The notes: generated by a model not told the origin, from the letters alone. Positions 1 to 11,756 are shown, counted from the stretch's first letter. The stretch: 64,000 nucleotides of DNA from Malacoraja senta (GCA_038087875.1 CM075999.1:2172001-2236000), one strand, 5' to 3'. Made by a program: numbers and translations.

Positions 1-231
1 TCATTTCCGACGCGTAAGGTGTTTACCACGCTGAGATTACAAGATTACGGGCGGCACGGCAGAGTCGCTGCCTCACAGCGCCAGAGACCCCGGTTCGATC
101 CCGACTACGGGTGCCGTCTGTTCGGAGCATGTACGTTCTCCCCGTGACCTGCGTGGGTTTTCTCCGAGATCTTTGGTTTCCTCCCGCACTCCAAAGACGT
201 GCAGGTTTGTAGGTTAATTGGCTCGGTGTAG

Positions 232-380
232 TCAAGTCAAGTCAAGTGAGTTTATTGTCATGTGTCCCTGGTAGGACAATGAAATTCTTGCTTTGCTTCA
301 GCACAACAGAACATAGTAGGCATTGACTACAAGGCATTCTATAAATATATACACACATGAATCAATATACTGATAAAGTG
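232..380 (-). mobile_element. Rex1/Babar LINE 3' UTR fragment
   Basis: Reverse complement of the tail at 2040-2208 (…GCAAAGCAAGA.TTTCATTGTCCTA…GGGACACATGACAATAAACTCACTTGA), ending in (CTTGA)n. Confidence 0.8.
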
Positions 381-464
381 TAAATGTGTAAATTGTCATC
401 AGTGTGTGTAGGATAGTGTTGGTGTGCGGGGATCGCTGGTCAGTGCAGACTCAGTGGGCCGAAG

Positions 465-868
465 CAAAGATCCTATAGCGGAGCAAGATAGACCACTCCT
501 TCTAAATGCAATGGGCTGACGTGTAGTACGCGACGGAGCGGAACGTGGGTCTTTTTTTCATCCATTTCAGTAACCCGACCCGACCCGACCCGACCCGACT
601 CGCAGTGTAATCAACGTTGCGGGGAACAGTTTGTGTTAATAAATTATACTTCTGAAAATGAGGAGAAGATTTTTCCCAAGTAACTTTTATTTTTACGAGG
701 ATGTTTCCGTAACCGGCTTCCGTCTCCGCACTAGTATCCTGTGGGATCTTTGGTGCGGAGACGGAAGCCGGGTACGGAAATGGGGCCGAAAATTACCCGT
801 GAATCTGCCCATGACCGTACTACGTCTTTTTCGTCGAGTGGACCATCTTGCTCGCTATAGGATCTTTG
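465..868. mobile_element. Non-autonomous DNA transposon (MITE) with ~33-bp imperfect TIRs and 8-bp TSD (hAT- or P-type)
   Basis: Left CAAAGATCCTATAGCGGAGCAAGATAGACCACTC; right GAGTGGACCATCTTGCTCGCTATAGGATCTTTG; TSD GGCCGAAG at 457-464 and 869-876; internal (CCCGA)n at ~573-599. Confidence 0.85.
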
Positions 869-1307
869 GGCCGAAGGGCGTGTTTCCACGCTGTATCTCT
901 GCAGTCTAAAGAACTGGAGTGGTGAAATAAAGCAGCTTTCAAGCGCGATCGCGTCTGGTATGTGATTCCATGTGAAATTGACACCGTAATTGGATCTAAT
1001 TGCAGTTACACATTCTCACATTTTCAGCATCACCTTCTGAAAGTACAATTTTAGCATTAATTTATTCACACTGGTGTCTCTGAAAGTTGCTCCAGATGAA
1101 ATGTGCCACTGTAATTGATCCTTAATATTTCACTGCTCACATGCAATAAAACAAAAGTTACCTCGAGACCTTCGTCCACAGATAATGGGGTGCAATGTCT
1201 TGCTGTGGTATTTCAGTACAGTTATACGCATTTGAGGTTATGTGAAAACACCGCTTATCTTTAAAGGCCTTGTACTGTGAAATCTTAATCTCTGGATAAC
1301 TTTGGCA

Positions 1308-2208
1308 GACATCATCAAGTTCACTGATGACACCACTGTTGTGGGACGTATCACTGATGGGGATGAGTCAGAGTATAGAAGAGAGATCGAGCAACTGTCC
1401 ATATGGTGCCAGCACAATAACCTGGTCCTCAACACCAGCAAAACCAAGGAACTGATTGTGGACTTTGGAAGGGGTAGGATGGGGACCCACAGTCCCGTTT
1501 ATATCAATGGGTCGATGGTGGAGAGGGTCAAGAGCTTCAAATTCCTGGGCGTGCACATCTCTGAAGATCTTTTCTGGTCCGAGAACACTGATGCTACTAT
1601 TAAGAAAGCACATCAGCGCCTCTACTTCCTGAGAAGATAATGGAGAGTCGGTTTGTCAAGGAGGACTCTCTCGAACTTCTACAGGTGCACAGTAGAGAGC
1701 ATGCTGACCGGTTGCATCGTGGCTTGGTTCGGCAACTTGAGCGCCCTGGAGTGGAATAGACTACAAAAAGTAGTAAATACTGCCCAGTCCATCATCGGCT
1801 CTGACCTCCCCACCATCGAGGGGATCTACCACAGTCGCTGCCTCAAAAAGGCTGGCAGCATCATCAAGGACCCACACCATCCTGGCCACACACTCATCTC
1901 CCCGCTGCCATCAGGTAGAAGGTACAGGAGCCTGAAGACTGCAACCACCAGGTTCAGGAATAGCTACTTCCCCACAGCCATCAGGCTATTAAACTCAACT
2001 CAAACAAAACTCTGAACATTAATAGCCATTATCTGTTTATTTGCACTTTATCAGTTTATTTATTCATGTGTGTATATATTTATATAATGGTATATGGACA
2101 CACTGATCTGTTCTGTATTCATGCCTACTATGTTCTGTTGTGCTGAAGCAAAGCAAGATTTCATTGTCCTATCTGGGACACATGACAATAAACTCACTTG
2201 AATCTTGA
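1308..2208 (+). mobile_element. Rex1/Babar-clade LINE, 5'-truncated RT C-terminus plus 3' UTR, one in-frame stop at 1638-1640
   Basis: IIKFTDDTTVVGRI…LNTSKTKELIVDF…FKFLGVHISEDL…KKAHQRLYFLRR*…FYRCTVESMLTGCIVAWFGN…LPSGRRYRSL…RFRNSYFPTAIRLLN; ORFs 1302-1640 and 1653-2015 share one frame. Confidence 0.9.
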
Positions 2209-3132
2209 ATAGTCATAGAGTCATTGAGTGATACAGCGTGGAAACAGGCCCTTTGGCCCGACCAAGATAGACACAAAAAGCTGGAGTAACTCGACCTGAA
2301 ACATCACCCATTCCTTCTCCCCAGAGATGCTGCCTGCCCCGCTGAGTTACTCCAGCTTTTTATATCTATCTTCGGTTAAACTAGCATCTGCAGTTCCTTC
2401 CTACGCCCTTCAGTCCACTGAGTCCGCGCCGACCAGCGATCCCCGCACACTAACACTATCCTGCACGCACTGGGGACAATTTACATTTATACCAAGCCCA
2501 TATATAAAAACCTACATACCTGTACGTCTTTGGAGTGCGGGAGGAGGCTGGAGCACCAGGAGAAATCCCACGCAGGTCACGGGGAGAACGTGCAAACTAC
2601 GTACAGACAGCACCCGTATAGGAATCATGTGTTGTCTTTCCGCTGACTGGATAGCACACAACAAAAGGTTTTCACTGTACCTCGGTACACGTGACAATAA
2701 ACTAGACTAGACTAGGCCAAAGTAATCTTAACTAAACTAAATTAAACTAAACTAAAGATATATTGTCAGGCATGAATTGAAAGTGTTGATGAATTATTGG
2801 AGACAGATCAGTGTGAGCTGAATGAGTTGTTGTGCCAAACTATTTTTTTTCTGGAGACGTGTCAAGAATGTGAAACTTTGGCTGGCTGATTCATTAACCT
2901 GGGATCTATTTATGACCAGCCGACTCCTCACAGCCATTGTTTTCCACACGCTACTTTCGTTGTGTTTGAAGGGCATCTTGAATCATTTGAACACGGTGGT
3001 TGCTGCTGCATTGAGCAGAGCTGCAGGAATGTAAACACGAGTCATTCCAAATGCCTTACCTAGGGGGATTGAAATTTGCCCTTCCGTTAAGGAGCTCAGA
3101 TCCCAGATCTCGACGTGGCCTCCCTCTGCATT

Positions 3133-4082
3133 GGTGAGAATGCAAATTGGAGGAACAGCACCTCATATTTCACTTGGGCAGCTTACAACCCAGCGGTATG
3201 AACATTGATTTCTCCAACTTCAAATACCCTTGCATCCCCCCTCTCCCCGTCCCTCCCCCACCCTAGGCATTGCACTAGTTTCACTGTCATCCCGGTGAGT
3301 CTCATTGTCTGTAGCTTGTTTTCACCCAGCCCACAGCTAACAATGGCCTGTTACCTTTAGACGTGGTCTGCATTTATAGAATTATTACAAACATAGGGTG
3401 CAAAAGTACTTTAAAAAAAAATTTGAGGTCAGGTAAGGGGATGATAGTTGAAGAGTTGGTATGTCCCATTTACGTAATGCTCATAAAAATATTTGTTTCT
3501 CTCTTTTCCTCTTTCTCTCTCTCTTTCTTTCCTAGGGTCTCTTTCTTAACTCTTTTTCTTTTGTTTTTAATTTTGCTCTTATAGGGTCTTCGTCCTTTTT
3601 TGTTGTCACATTTTCTACACTTTCACTTTTTCCTTCACTTTCTTCTTTCTTTCAATCTTTTCCTTTTCTAGTGTAAAAAATAAATGGAGTACATTAATTG
3701 TAAGAAGATATAAATGACGAGTACTAATGTATGTGGTTGTAATGTAATGTACTTCTAATAAATAAAAATAAAAAATAAATAAAAAAAAAATTGTTATAAT
3801 TTTTATATCTCTCTATTTTATAATTTAGGTTATAAGGTTAAAAATGAAGCTGTACAATAATTGTATAATTCTAGATGCCGTATGTTATATCTTTGTACAA
3901 TTACTTCGAATATTTTTTAAAAACACACAAAAAACCTCTCTATATCACCGTCTACATCTCTCGTTTCCCTCTCCCCCGACTCTCAGTCTGAAGAAGGGTC
4001 TCAACCAGAAACGTCACCCATTCCTTCTCTCCAGAGATATTGCCTGACCCGCTGAGTTACTCCAGCATTTTGTGTCTATCTT
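3133..4082 (+). mobile_element. Penelope-like element 3' end (GIY-YIG C-terminus, 3' UTR, hammerhead-like motif) split by L1 tails
   Basis: From 3141 reads CKLEEQHLIFHLGSLQPSGMNIDFSNFK; resumes ~3935 with CTGAAGAAGGGTCTCAACCAGAAACGTCACCCATTCC…GAGTTACTCCAGCATTTTGTGTCTA. Confidence 0.8.
3362..3790 (+). mobile_element. L1-clade 3' end with poly(A)
   Basis: Similar to 7190-7539 and 7602-8041; ORF end TWSAFIELLQT, T-rich 3' UTR, ACTTCTAATAAA plus A-rich tail. Confidence 0.7.
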
Positions 4083-4530
4083 TGGGACTAGCCCAATATC
4101 ACCAACTGGAGTGCGGTCCTGACCTCCCCTCTACCTCATTGGAAACACCTTGGACCATCTTTAATTGGACTTTACTGCACTTTATCTGGCACTAAACGTT
4201 ATTCACTTTGTACACTGTGGACGGCTCGATTGTAACCATGTATAGTCTTTCCAAGGTAGATGGGACAATAATAAAACAAAATAAACACTAAACACTTTAT
4301 CCTGCACTAAATGTTATTCCCTTGATCCCTTATCTGTACTGTGGACGGCTCGATTGTAATCATCTATAGGCTTTTCGCTGACTGGATAGGACACAACAAA
4401 AAAGCTTTTCACTGTACAAGTGATAATAAAGGTAAACTAAATTAAAAAAGCTAAAAGTATCTCAAATTGACTTGTCTATCCTTGGCTTCTTGCCAACGTA
4501 ACAAAAAGAAGAAAGGCAGATCGTGTTGGA

Positions 4531-4679
4531 GAATCTTCTTCTTCTCCTTCTTGCGTGTGGCGTGCACAGCCTAAAGTTGTTGGACAACTTGTTCTATTTG
4601 ATCTTCCGTTTGTGCACGTTGAGTTGATTGCATTAGTCGAAACAGGGCGGACCAGGTGAAGGTTGCAATCTTCCCACCC
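4531..4679 (-). mobile_element. Short retroposon with (GAA)n tail (RTE/RTE-X-type 3' end)
   Basis: Minus strand ends …GCACGCCACACGCAAGAAGGAGAAGAAGAAG; 9-bp TSD CGTGTTGGA at 4522-4530 and 4680-4688. Confidence 0.65.
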
Positions 4680-4964
4680 CGTGTTGGACAAAGCAAGACA
4701 GCCACCCACAGCCAATAATTAATTATAAAGAAGGAAAAGTGGTGGGGGGAGGAGGGGGGGGGGGGCACATTTTCACATCCTTAAACCAGGAACTAAAATA
4801 AAATTAAATACAGCAGCAATCAACTTAGGGCAACTTGCTTGGCACGGACGCGATGGGCTGAAGGGCCTGTTTCTGTGCTGTTTGGCTCTGTGAACCTCTG
4901 ACAAATAACTTTGCAGTTGGAACGATGACGTCATGAAAAGTGTTCAACATTTGATACCTGACAG

Positions 4965-5208
4965 CTTAGTTTAGTTTAACTTAGAGATACAGCGCGGAAA
5001 CAGGCCCTTCGGCCCACCGAGCCCGTGCCGGCCAGCGATCCCCGCACACTTAACGCTATCCTACACCCACTAGGGCCAATTTACAAGTATACCACACCAA
5101 TTAGCCGACAAACCTGTACGTCTTTGGAGTGTGGGAGGAAACCGGAGATCCTGGAGAAAACCCACGCGGGTCACGGGGAGAACGTGCAAACTCTGTACAG
5201 ACAGCACT
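4965..5208 (-). mobile_element. HE1/V-SINE, 5'-truncated
   Basis: (TTTAG)n tail, AGATACAGCGCGGAAACAGGCCCTTCGGCCCAC, V-domain on minus strand. Confidence 0.85.
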
Positions 5209-5740
5209 GACTGTCTGTCAATTAGGACCTAGCTGTGGGTTCGAATCCAGCCTCGGCATCGTGACAATAGTAAGCTTAAACCTAAACCTTTGTAAAAGAA
5301 AGTACTTGATTTTGTTTTGCCCGTAGGTTCCATGTCACACGTTGGATAAACGATTCTGCAGATTTGACCTTTTGCAACAGATTATACTTTGGCAATAGAC
5401 TGTGCTCCTGAAATGAGCTGCGAATCCCTTCTGGAATTATGGAAAAGGTTCTTTCTCAGAAAAGGGGGTTTGAATGTCTAAGACTGATGCGAAAGGCAGG
5501 AGATGCAGACAATAGCAATATTTTCAAAAAATGGCCTTCGTGCAAATTATCATATTGAAAGGCCAATATAAATATAAGAAGCAGAACTTTCTCGTTTGTT
5601 ACTGGTTCTAAATACGCATCAAGGCATCGGCCGCTGCACGTCAACTCCGCACAATGTTGGAGTCCTTGGTATTCAGTGGAAGGAAGGATGAATTTTGCAA
5701 CTGAGGAGATATTGCGGATACAACAGCAAGGGTAGACTTA

Positions 5741-5957
5741 AGGGCCTGTTCCACTTGGGCGTCATTTGCACGTCATTTACGCGACATCATTTACGCATCA
5801 CGACGCACAACGCGCACCGTTGTGACACGCACGTGATGCGCGCATGGTGCGTGGTGGCGTAGGCAGTGACGCGCGGCGCCCCAGGATTTTGGGATGTACA
5901 AAATCTTTGTGCGACACCTGCGTGACGTGCAAATGACGCCCAAGTGGGGCAGGCCGT
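5741..5957. mobile_element. PIF/Harbinger-type MITE
   Basis: TIR AGGGCCTGTTCCACTTGGGCGTCATTTGCACGTCA / TGACGTGCAAATGACGCCCAAGTGGGGCAGGCCGT; flanks TTA / TTG (degenerate TWA TSD); CpG-rich interior. Confidence 0.75.
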
Positions 5958-6120
5958 TTGCACCAATCAGGCACAGGCAGCGGAACTAAGTCAAATCCCT
6001 GATCTTTCGATCAAATGCTGCGACAAATCGACGGATTTGGTTCAGGGATACCGCGCAGAAACAGGCCCTTCGGCCCACCGAGCCGGTGCCGACCAATGAT
6101 CCCCGCACACTAACACTATA

Positions 6121-6347
6121 TCGGTGGTGAATCTGTGGAATTCTTTGCCACGTAAGGCTGTGGAGGCCAAGTCATTGGATGTTTTTAAGGCAGAGAGAGA
6201 TAGATTCTTGATTAGTGCGGGTGTCAGGGGTTATGGGGAGAAGGCAGAGAATGGTGTTAGGAGGGAGAGGTAGATCAGGCATGATTGAATGCCGGAGTAG
6301 ACTAGATGGGCCGAATGGCCTAATTCTACACCTATCACTTATGACCT
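6121..6347 (+). mobile_element. CR1 LINE 3' end (TTATGACC-tail subfamily)
   Basis: VVNLWNSLP…AVEAKSLDVFKAE.DRFL…GVRGYGEKA; 3' GGGCCGAATGGCCTAATTCT. Confidence 0.85.
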
Positions 6348-6651
6348 AAATCCTTCATCACATTGAAATGAGAATTAACTTTGCAGTGCCTCTGGAAGTA
6401 CTGGGCCTAATGGAAAGTGGAAATCTGTGCCAAACAGTTGGAGTCTAGATATCACTCATGCTATATTACATTCTCTGTGCACATTGTGTGGAAGGGCTTT
6501 GCGTTCCATATAATGGCTCTGGAATTCCCTCTGGAACCACATGCTTATGTTGCCATTTTGTCCAATCTGCTGTTCTCACAGAGTTAGATAAGACAAGCAG
6601 CCTTTATTACTCAGCCAGCCACTGTTACCCGAGCCTCGACATACTCAGCAG

Positions 6652-6925
6652 GGTGGCACGGTGGCGCAGCGGGTAGAGATGCTGCCTAACAGCGCCAGAG
6701 ACCAGGGTTCGATCCTGACTACGGGACCTGCATGGATTTTCTCCCGTGCACCGGTTTCCTCCCACACTCCAAAGACATACACGTTTGTAGGTTAATTGGC
6801 TTCGGTAAGATTGTAAATTGTCCCTAGTGTGTGTAGGATAGTGTTAGTGCGCGGGGATCGCTGGTCGGCGCGGAACCGGTGAGCTGAAGAGCCTGTTTCC
6901 GCGCTGTATCTCTAAACTAAACTAA
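6652..6925 (+). mobile_element. HE1/V-SINE, near full length
   Basis: A-box TGGCGCAGCGG, B-box GGTTCGATCCT, V-domain, (CTAAA)n tail. Confidence 0.85.
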
Positions 6926-7189
6926 ATGTCTCCTACTTGCCCGATCGCCACTGATATTAGATAATGGAAGAGAGGAGGAGCAGCAACGTCACCTATTCCT
7001 TCGCTCCATAGATGCTGCCTCACCCGCTGAGTTTCTCCAGCATTTTTTTAATCTATCTTTGCACTTTAATATAACATTGGTTCTACAAAGGATGCTGAGG
7101 TTTCACCTGTTTGCCAAATCGAACTGGCCTTAGTTGGATGACTTATTCAGAATTCCAAAGTGCCACAGTTAGTTCCACAGTCAGTGCAT

Positions 7190-7539
7190 AGGGTGCAACA
7201 AAATCGTAGAAACCAACTGTTTCAGGACTGGTGAAGGATGGTCAAGAATATAAATACCGATCTCCTTAATTTCCTACTCTCTACTCTTTCTTTCTCTTTC
7301 TCTCTCCTTTTCTTTTCTTCACTTTCCCTCTTTCCCCCTTTTTCCTTTTCACACACCATATATCACACGTTTTTCTATCTTTTATTATCTATTCTCTCTT
7401 TTTCTCTTTCATTATTAAAAAAAATAAGAAGAAGAAGAAGCTGTACATCAAATGTAACGTGTCAATATATATTAGGCACCTTGGTGCCATATTACTGTAC
7501 TTGCTTCTAATAAAATATAAATATTAAAAAAAAAAAAAA
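7190..7539 (+). mobile_element. L1-clade 3' fragment with poly(A) and 11-bp TSD
   Basis: TSD AGTCAGTGCAT at 7179-7189 and 7540-7550; AATAAA and poly(A). Confidence 0.8.
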
Positions 7540-7601
7540 AGTCAGTGCATTAAAGCCCGTTGTCACAGTGCAGTTTTTTGCAAACACAATCCTTGGAAGT
7601 A

Positions 7602-8041
7602 GGAAATGCGATTCCTCCTAATAGATAAATCAGACCAATTCATAACGAGTTGGTCTCTATTTGTCGTCTTTTTGGAATCATATGGTGCAACACAATTGTA
7701 AAAGCTAACTGTCTCAGGACTGGGCGAGGGATGGCCAAGATTATAAATAATGATCTCCTTATCCCTTTTTTTTTATTTTTTACTCTCTTTTTCCTATTTT
7801 CTTATCTTCAACTTTCTTCTTTCATTCTTTTTTTTCTCTTTTTCACACACTATATATCTCATGTTTTTCTACCCTTTATTATCTAATTTCTTTTTCTTAT
7901 TCTTCTTTATTATAATAAAAAAATAAGAAGCTGTACATAAAATGTATTATGAAAACATATATTAGGCACTTTGGTGCCATACGATTGTACTTACTTCTAA
8001 TAAAATAAAAATATTTTTTTTTTAAATAAAAAAAATAAAAA
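7602..8041 (+). mobile_element. L1-clade 3' fragment with ORF2 C-terminus, poly(A) and 14-bp TSD
   Basis: Reads EMRFLLIDKSDQFITSWSLFVVFLESYGATQL*, resembling fish L1 ORF2 ends; TSD AATCCTTGGAAGTA at 7588-7601 and 8042-8055. Confidence 0.8.
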
Positions 8042-8458
8042 AATCCTTGGAAGTAACACAAAGTGATGTATTCTGCCGCTACCTCCTCGTAGAGATCGTG
8101 TTATTGACTGCTGTGCTTAATGGCCTTTGAGAAAAGTCTGGGGCAGCGCACTAGGAAACTCCCCAGGGTCTGGTGTAAGCCTTGAAAGGCAGTTACTGTA
8201 TCTTTACTTGGCCCTTTGTCACGCTGATGGGAAGATCGCGGAGACACAACACCAGCCCAATAAAAGCTAATCTCCGTCCCTGTGCAACCTTTATCTTGTA
8301 ACCTGTCAAGTTGAATGTACAGTGGACCCATCTCCAGCCCAGATGGAGTCGGAACTCAATGAATGCTCGTGTTGTTTTTAATCCAGTCATCACTTCTGAT
8401 CTCCATTAGACTTTAACACGGTTCTAGGCTCCGTACAGGAGAGCAAACACAATATGGA

Positions 8459-8709
8459 GTTTAAGAGGGGACTGCAGATGCTGGAAAAATCGAAGGCAGA
8501 CAAAAGTGCTGGAGAAACTCAGCGGGTGCAGCAGCATCTATGGAGCGAAGGAAATAGGCAACGTTTGGGGCCGAAACCCTTCAGGAAGGAAATAGGCAAC
8601 GTTTCGGGCCGAAACCCGGAAGGGTTTCGGGCCGAAACGTTGCCTATTTCCTTCGCTCCATAGATGCTGCTGCACCCGCTGAGTTTCTCCAGCACTTTTG
8701 CCTACCTTC
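8459..8709. mobile_element. Fold-back Penelope-derived insertion (subfamily A; tail on left)
   Basis: Inverted arms AGACAAAAGTGCTGGAGAAACTCAGCGGGTGCAGCAGCATCTATGGAGCGAAGGAAATAGGCAACG…; TSD AACACAATATGGA at 8446-8458 and 8710-8722. Confidence 0.85.
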
Positions 8710-8761
8710 AACACAATATGGACTCGGCTGCAAATCACAAGTTGCTGGAGTAACTTTGCGT

Positions 8762-9190
8762 GCGGCACGGTGGCGCAGCGGTAGAGTTGCTGCCTGAGAC
8801 CCAGGTCCTTGGCTACGGGCGCTGTCTGCGCGGAGTTTGTACGTTCTCCCCTCGTGACCGCGTGAGTTTTCTCCGGGTGCTCCGGTTTCCTCCCACATTG
8901 CAAAGACGTGCAGGTTAATTTGGCCTCTGTAAATTGTCACTAGTGTGTAGGATAGAACTAGTGTACGGGATGGTCGGGCGCGGACACGTGGGTTTTCCTC
9001 CAGGTGCTCCGGTTTCCTCCCGCACTCCGAAGACGTGCGGGTTTTTGCGGGTTAATTGGCTTTGTTGTAAAATGTAAAATTGTCCCGAGTGTGTTTAGGG
9101 TGGTGTCAGTGTGCGGGGGATCGCGGGTCGGCCCGGACTCGGTGGGCAGATGGGCCTCTTTCTCTAAACTAAAACTAAACTAAACTTAAA
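8762..9190 (+). mobile_element. Two fused HE1/V-SINE copies
   Basis: V-domain GGTTTCCTCCC.CAC occurs twice (~8884 and ~9011); single (CTAAA)n tail. Confidence 0.8.
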
Positions 9191-9229
9191 ATCAAATGAA
9201 AAATACGTATCACGAACGCTCTTGATACT

Positions 9230-9847
9230 AAAAAACATCTATGGAAGGCGAGAACGGCTCAGATGGAGAGGCTACGGTAACAGCCCATGTAACGACGACC
9301 GAAGACCGCGACGCGCCCCGGTAGGCCCGACTCGCCCCACAGGCCTCCCAGGGAACTGCGGTGAAGCCGGGCGGCGAGGCCTGTCTGGGCCAAAGGAGCC
9401 TCAGCGGTGATGGCGATAGGAGCCTCGGCAACAGGAGCCTCGGCAGCAGCGGGAACCTCGGCAGCAGTGGGAACCTCGGCGGCAGTGGGAGCCTCGATGA
9501 CGGCGGTGCCTCACGGTCGATGAGCGTGAGGGGGGAGGGGAAGACAATGGGGACCGCTGTGAGGGACGGTGGGAGAACAAAGGGGGGCCCGGTGTGGGGG
9601 AGGGGGGGGCACTCTAGTTTAGAATCCTCTTCCCAGGGGGATAAGCCTGTGTTTGTTTGTTTGTTTGTTCATTGGTTCTGGTGAGGGCGCTGTGCACACG
9701 GCAGCCAGACAATAGTCGCTTGTCTTTTTCTTTTTCTTTTCACTTTTAATTTCAAGTTTTTCGTGAACCTTGTTGTGTGTTGTGACTGTCGGCAGAACAA
9801 TTTCCCTCCGGGGATGAATAATCATATTGTATCGTAATGTATTGTAT
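9230..9847 (+). mobile_element. GC-rich non-autonomous retroposon with internal 18-bp minisatellite and Rex1-like 3' stem-loop
   Basis: GGGAACCTCGGCAGCAGY repeats at ~9418-9500; 3' AATTTCCCTCCGGGGATGAATAA followed by (TGTAT)n; related G-rich segment at 47108-47560. Confidence 0.55.
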
Positions 9848-10425
9848 TGCAGTTGTACAGGGCCCTAATGAGACCACACCTGGAGTATTGTGTGCAGTTT
9901 TGGTCTCCAAATTTGAGGAAGGACATTCTTGCTATTGAGGGAGTGCAGCGTAGGTTCACGAGGTTAATTCTCAGGATGGCGGGACTGTCATATGTTGAAA
10001 GAATGGAGCGACTGGGCTTGTATACACTGGAATTTAAAAGGATGAGGGGGATTTTATTGAAACATATAAAATTATTAGGGGATTGGACACGCTAGAGGCA
10101 GGAAACATGTTCCCGATGTTGGGGGAGTCCAGAACCAGGGACCACAGTTTAAGAATAAGGGGTAGGCCATTTAGAACGGAGATGAGGAAAAACTTTTTCG
10201 CCCTGAAAGTTGTGAATCTGTGGAATTCTCTGCCTCAGAGGGCAGTGGAGGCCGGTTCTCTGGATGCTTTCAAGAGAGAGTTAGATAGGGCTCTTAAAGA
10301 TAGCAGAGTCAGGGGATATGGGGAGAAGGCAGGAACGGGGTACTGATTGTGGATGATCAGCCATGATCACAGTGAATGGTGGTGCTGGGCTGAAAGGCCT
10401 ACTCCTGCACCTATTGTCTATTGTC
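9848..10425 (+). mobile_element. CR1 LINE ORF2 C-terminus plus 3' UTR, frameshifted
   Basis: [20 protein letters not shown]…[12 protein letters not shown]…LSYVERMERLGLYTLE…TRDHSLRIRG…VVNLWNSLP; (CTATTGT)n tail. Confidence 0.92.
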
Positions 10426-11061
10426 TACATTTCTTCCCTAACTGGAATTGACATATAAAGTAAACTCCAACTTGGGTACCTTCAATCAGATTGATCTTTG
10501 CAGGCCTGGTCACGGAATTTCGATTTAGCAGGAGAATTAATGTTAATGAAATGGTAAAGAGGAAAGGGGAAAGTGATGAGTCTAGAGTGGAACAAAACGG
10601 GGGAAGAATGGAACTCAGTGCCGCTCTTTGGTATAAGAGCAGCCCTGTGTCTTCTCGTCTTTTCTTCATCTTCTTTGGTCTCCATATTGGTTTAGTTTAG
10701 CTAGTTTAGTTTGGAGATACAGCGCGGAAACAGGCCTCTCGGCCCACCGAGTCCACGCCGACCAGCGCATCAACTCTACCCTACACACACACTGTAGGGA
10801 CAATTTTACATTGATACCAAGTCAATTAACCTACATACCTGTACGTCTTTGGAGTGTGGGAGGAAACCGAAGATCTGGGAGAAAACCCACGCAGGTCGCG
10901 GGGAGAACGTGCAAACTCCACACAGACAGCACCCGTAGTCGGGATCAAACCCGGGTCTCTGCCGCTCTATCTGAAACCCTTTTGTCTTCTTTTCATCTCT
11001 AACCTGTGTCCACCCATCAGTCAATCATAAACACCTCCTCACCTGTATCCACCTATCACTT

Positions 11062-11395
11062 GTGTAGGAAGGAACTGCAGATACTGGTATAGACTGGATA
11101 GACACAAAATGCTGGAGTAACTCAGCGGGACAGACAGCATCTCTGGAGAGAAGGAATGGGCGACGTTTCGGGTCGAGACCCTTCTTCCATGTCCACCTTT
11201 CACTTGCCAGGCTTTGTCCCACCCTCACCTCTCTTCCAACTGTCTGCCCCCTGACTACAATCAGTCTGATGGAGGATGCCACCCAGAAACGTCGCCTACC
11301 CATGCTCTTCAGAGATTTTGTCTGACCCGCTGAGTTATTCCAGCACTTTGAGTCTTTCTTTGCAAACCGGCATCTGCAATTCCTCGTGTCTACGT
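11062..11395. mobile_element. Penelope-like terminal fragments in inverted arrangement
   Basis: GTAGGAAGGAACTGCAGAT…GACGTTTCGGGTCGAGACCCTTCTTC followed by CTGATGGAGG…GAAACGTC…GCATCTGCAATTCC. Confidence 0.7.
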
Positions 11396-11756
11396 ATGTT
11401 TTCCTGGACATCGTTTACTTAGTCCCGTGTTGCAATAGATTGAAGAGCAGAGCTCAGAGAACAGAGAGCTTTTTTGTTTAAATAGTCCTCCTTCCACTCA
11501 GCCCCCAACTAAAGGTCTTAGGACAAAGTTGGTGAAGAATGAAAGCAAGAAACCAGAGTCTAGAGTGTTTTATTGTCCTGTGTCCCAGATAGAACAATAA
11601 CATTCCTACTTGCAGCAGCACAACAGAATGTAAACATAGTGCACTGTAAACCATATAACAAACGAGAATAAAGTTCAGTGTGAGTGCATATATATATAAA
11701 CATATACACACATGCACATACGTACATGTATATATATGTAGTATATATATATATAT

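Larger units (their letters stand above)
48..908 (+). mobile_element. HE1/V-SINE-type tRNA-derived SINE, interrupted by a Rex1 3' tail (232-380) and a MITE (465-868)
   Basis: GGGCGGCACGG head, B-box GGTTCGATCCC, V-domain ...GTTCTCCCCGTGACCTGCGTGGGTTTTCTCC...GGTTTCCTCCC.CACTCCAAAGAC; 3' end GGGCCGAAGGGC.TGTTTCC.CGCTGTATCTCT resumes after the MITE. Confidence 0.85.

Noticed and set aside
8459..8709. Fold-back elements as DNA-transposon MITEs or miRNA precursors
   Set aside because: Ends are asymmetric, TSDs are long and variable (10-17 bp), and arms match the sequence downstream of the GIY-YIG ORF, pointing to Penelope retrotransposition; no miRNA evidence is available.
9361..9684. Gly/Ser-repeat protein ORF
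   Set aside because: Derived from an 18-bp minisatellite inside a repeat element; no splice or homology support.
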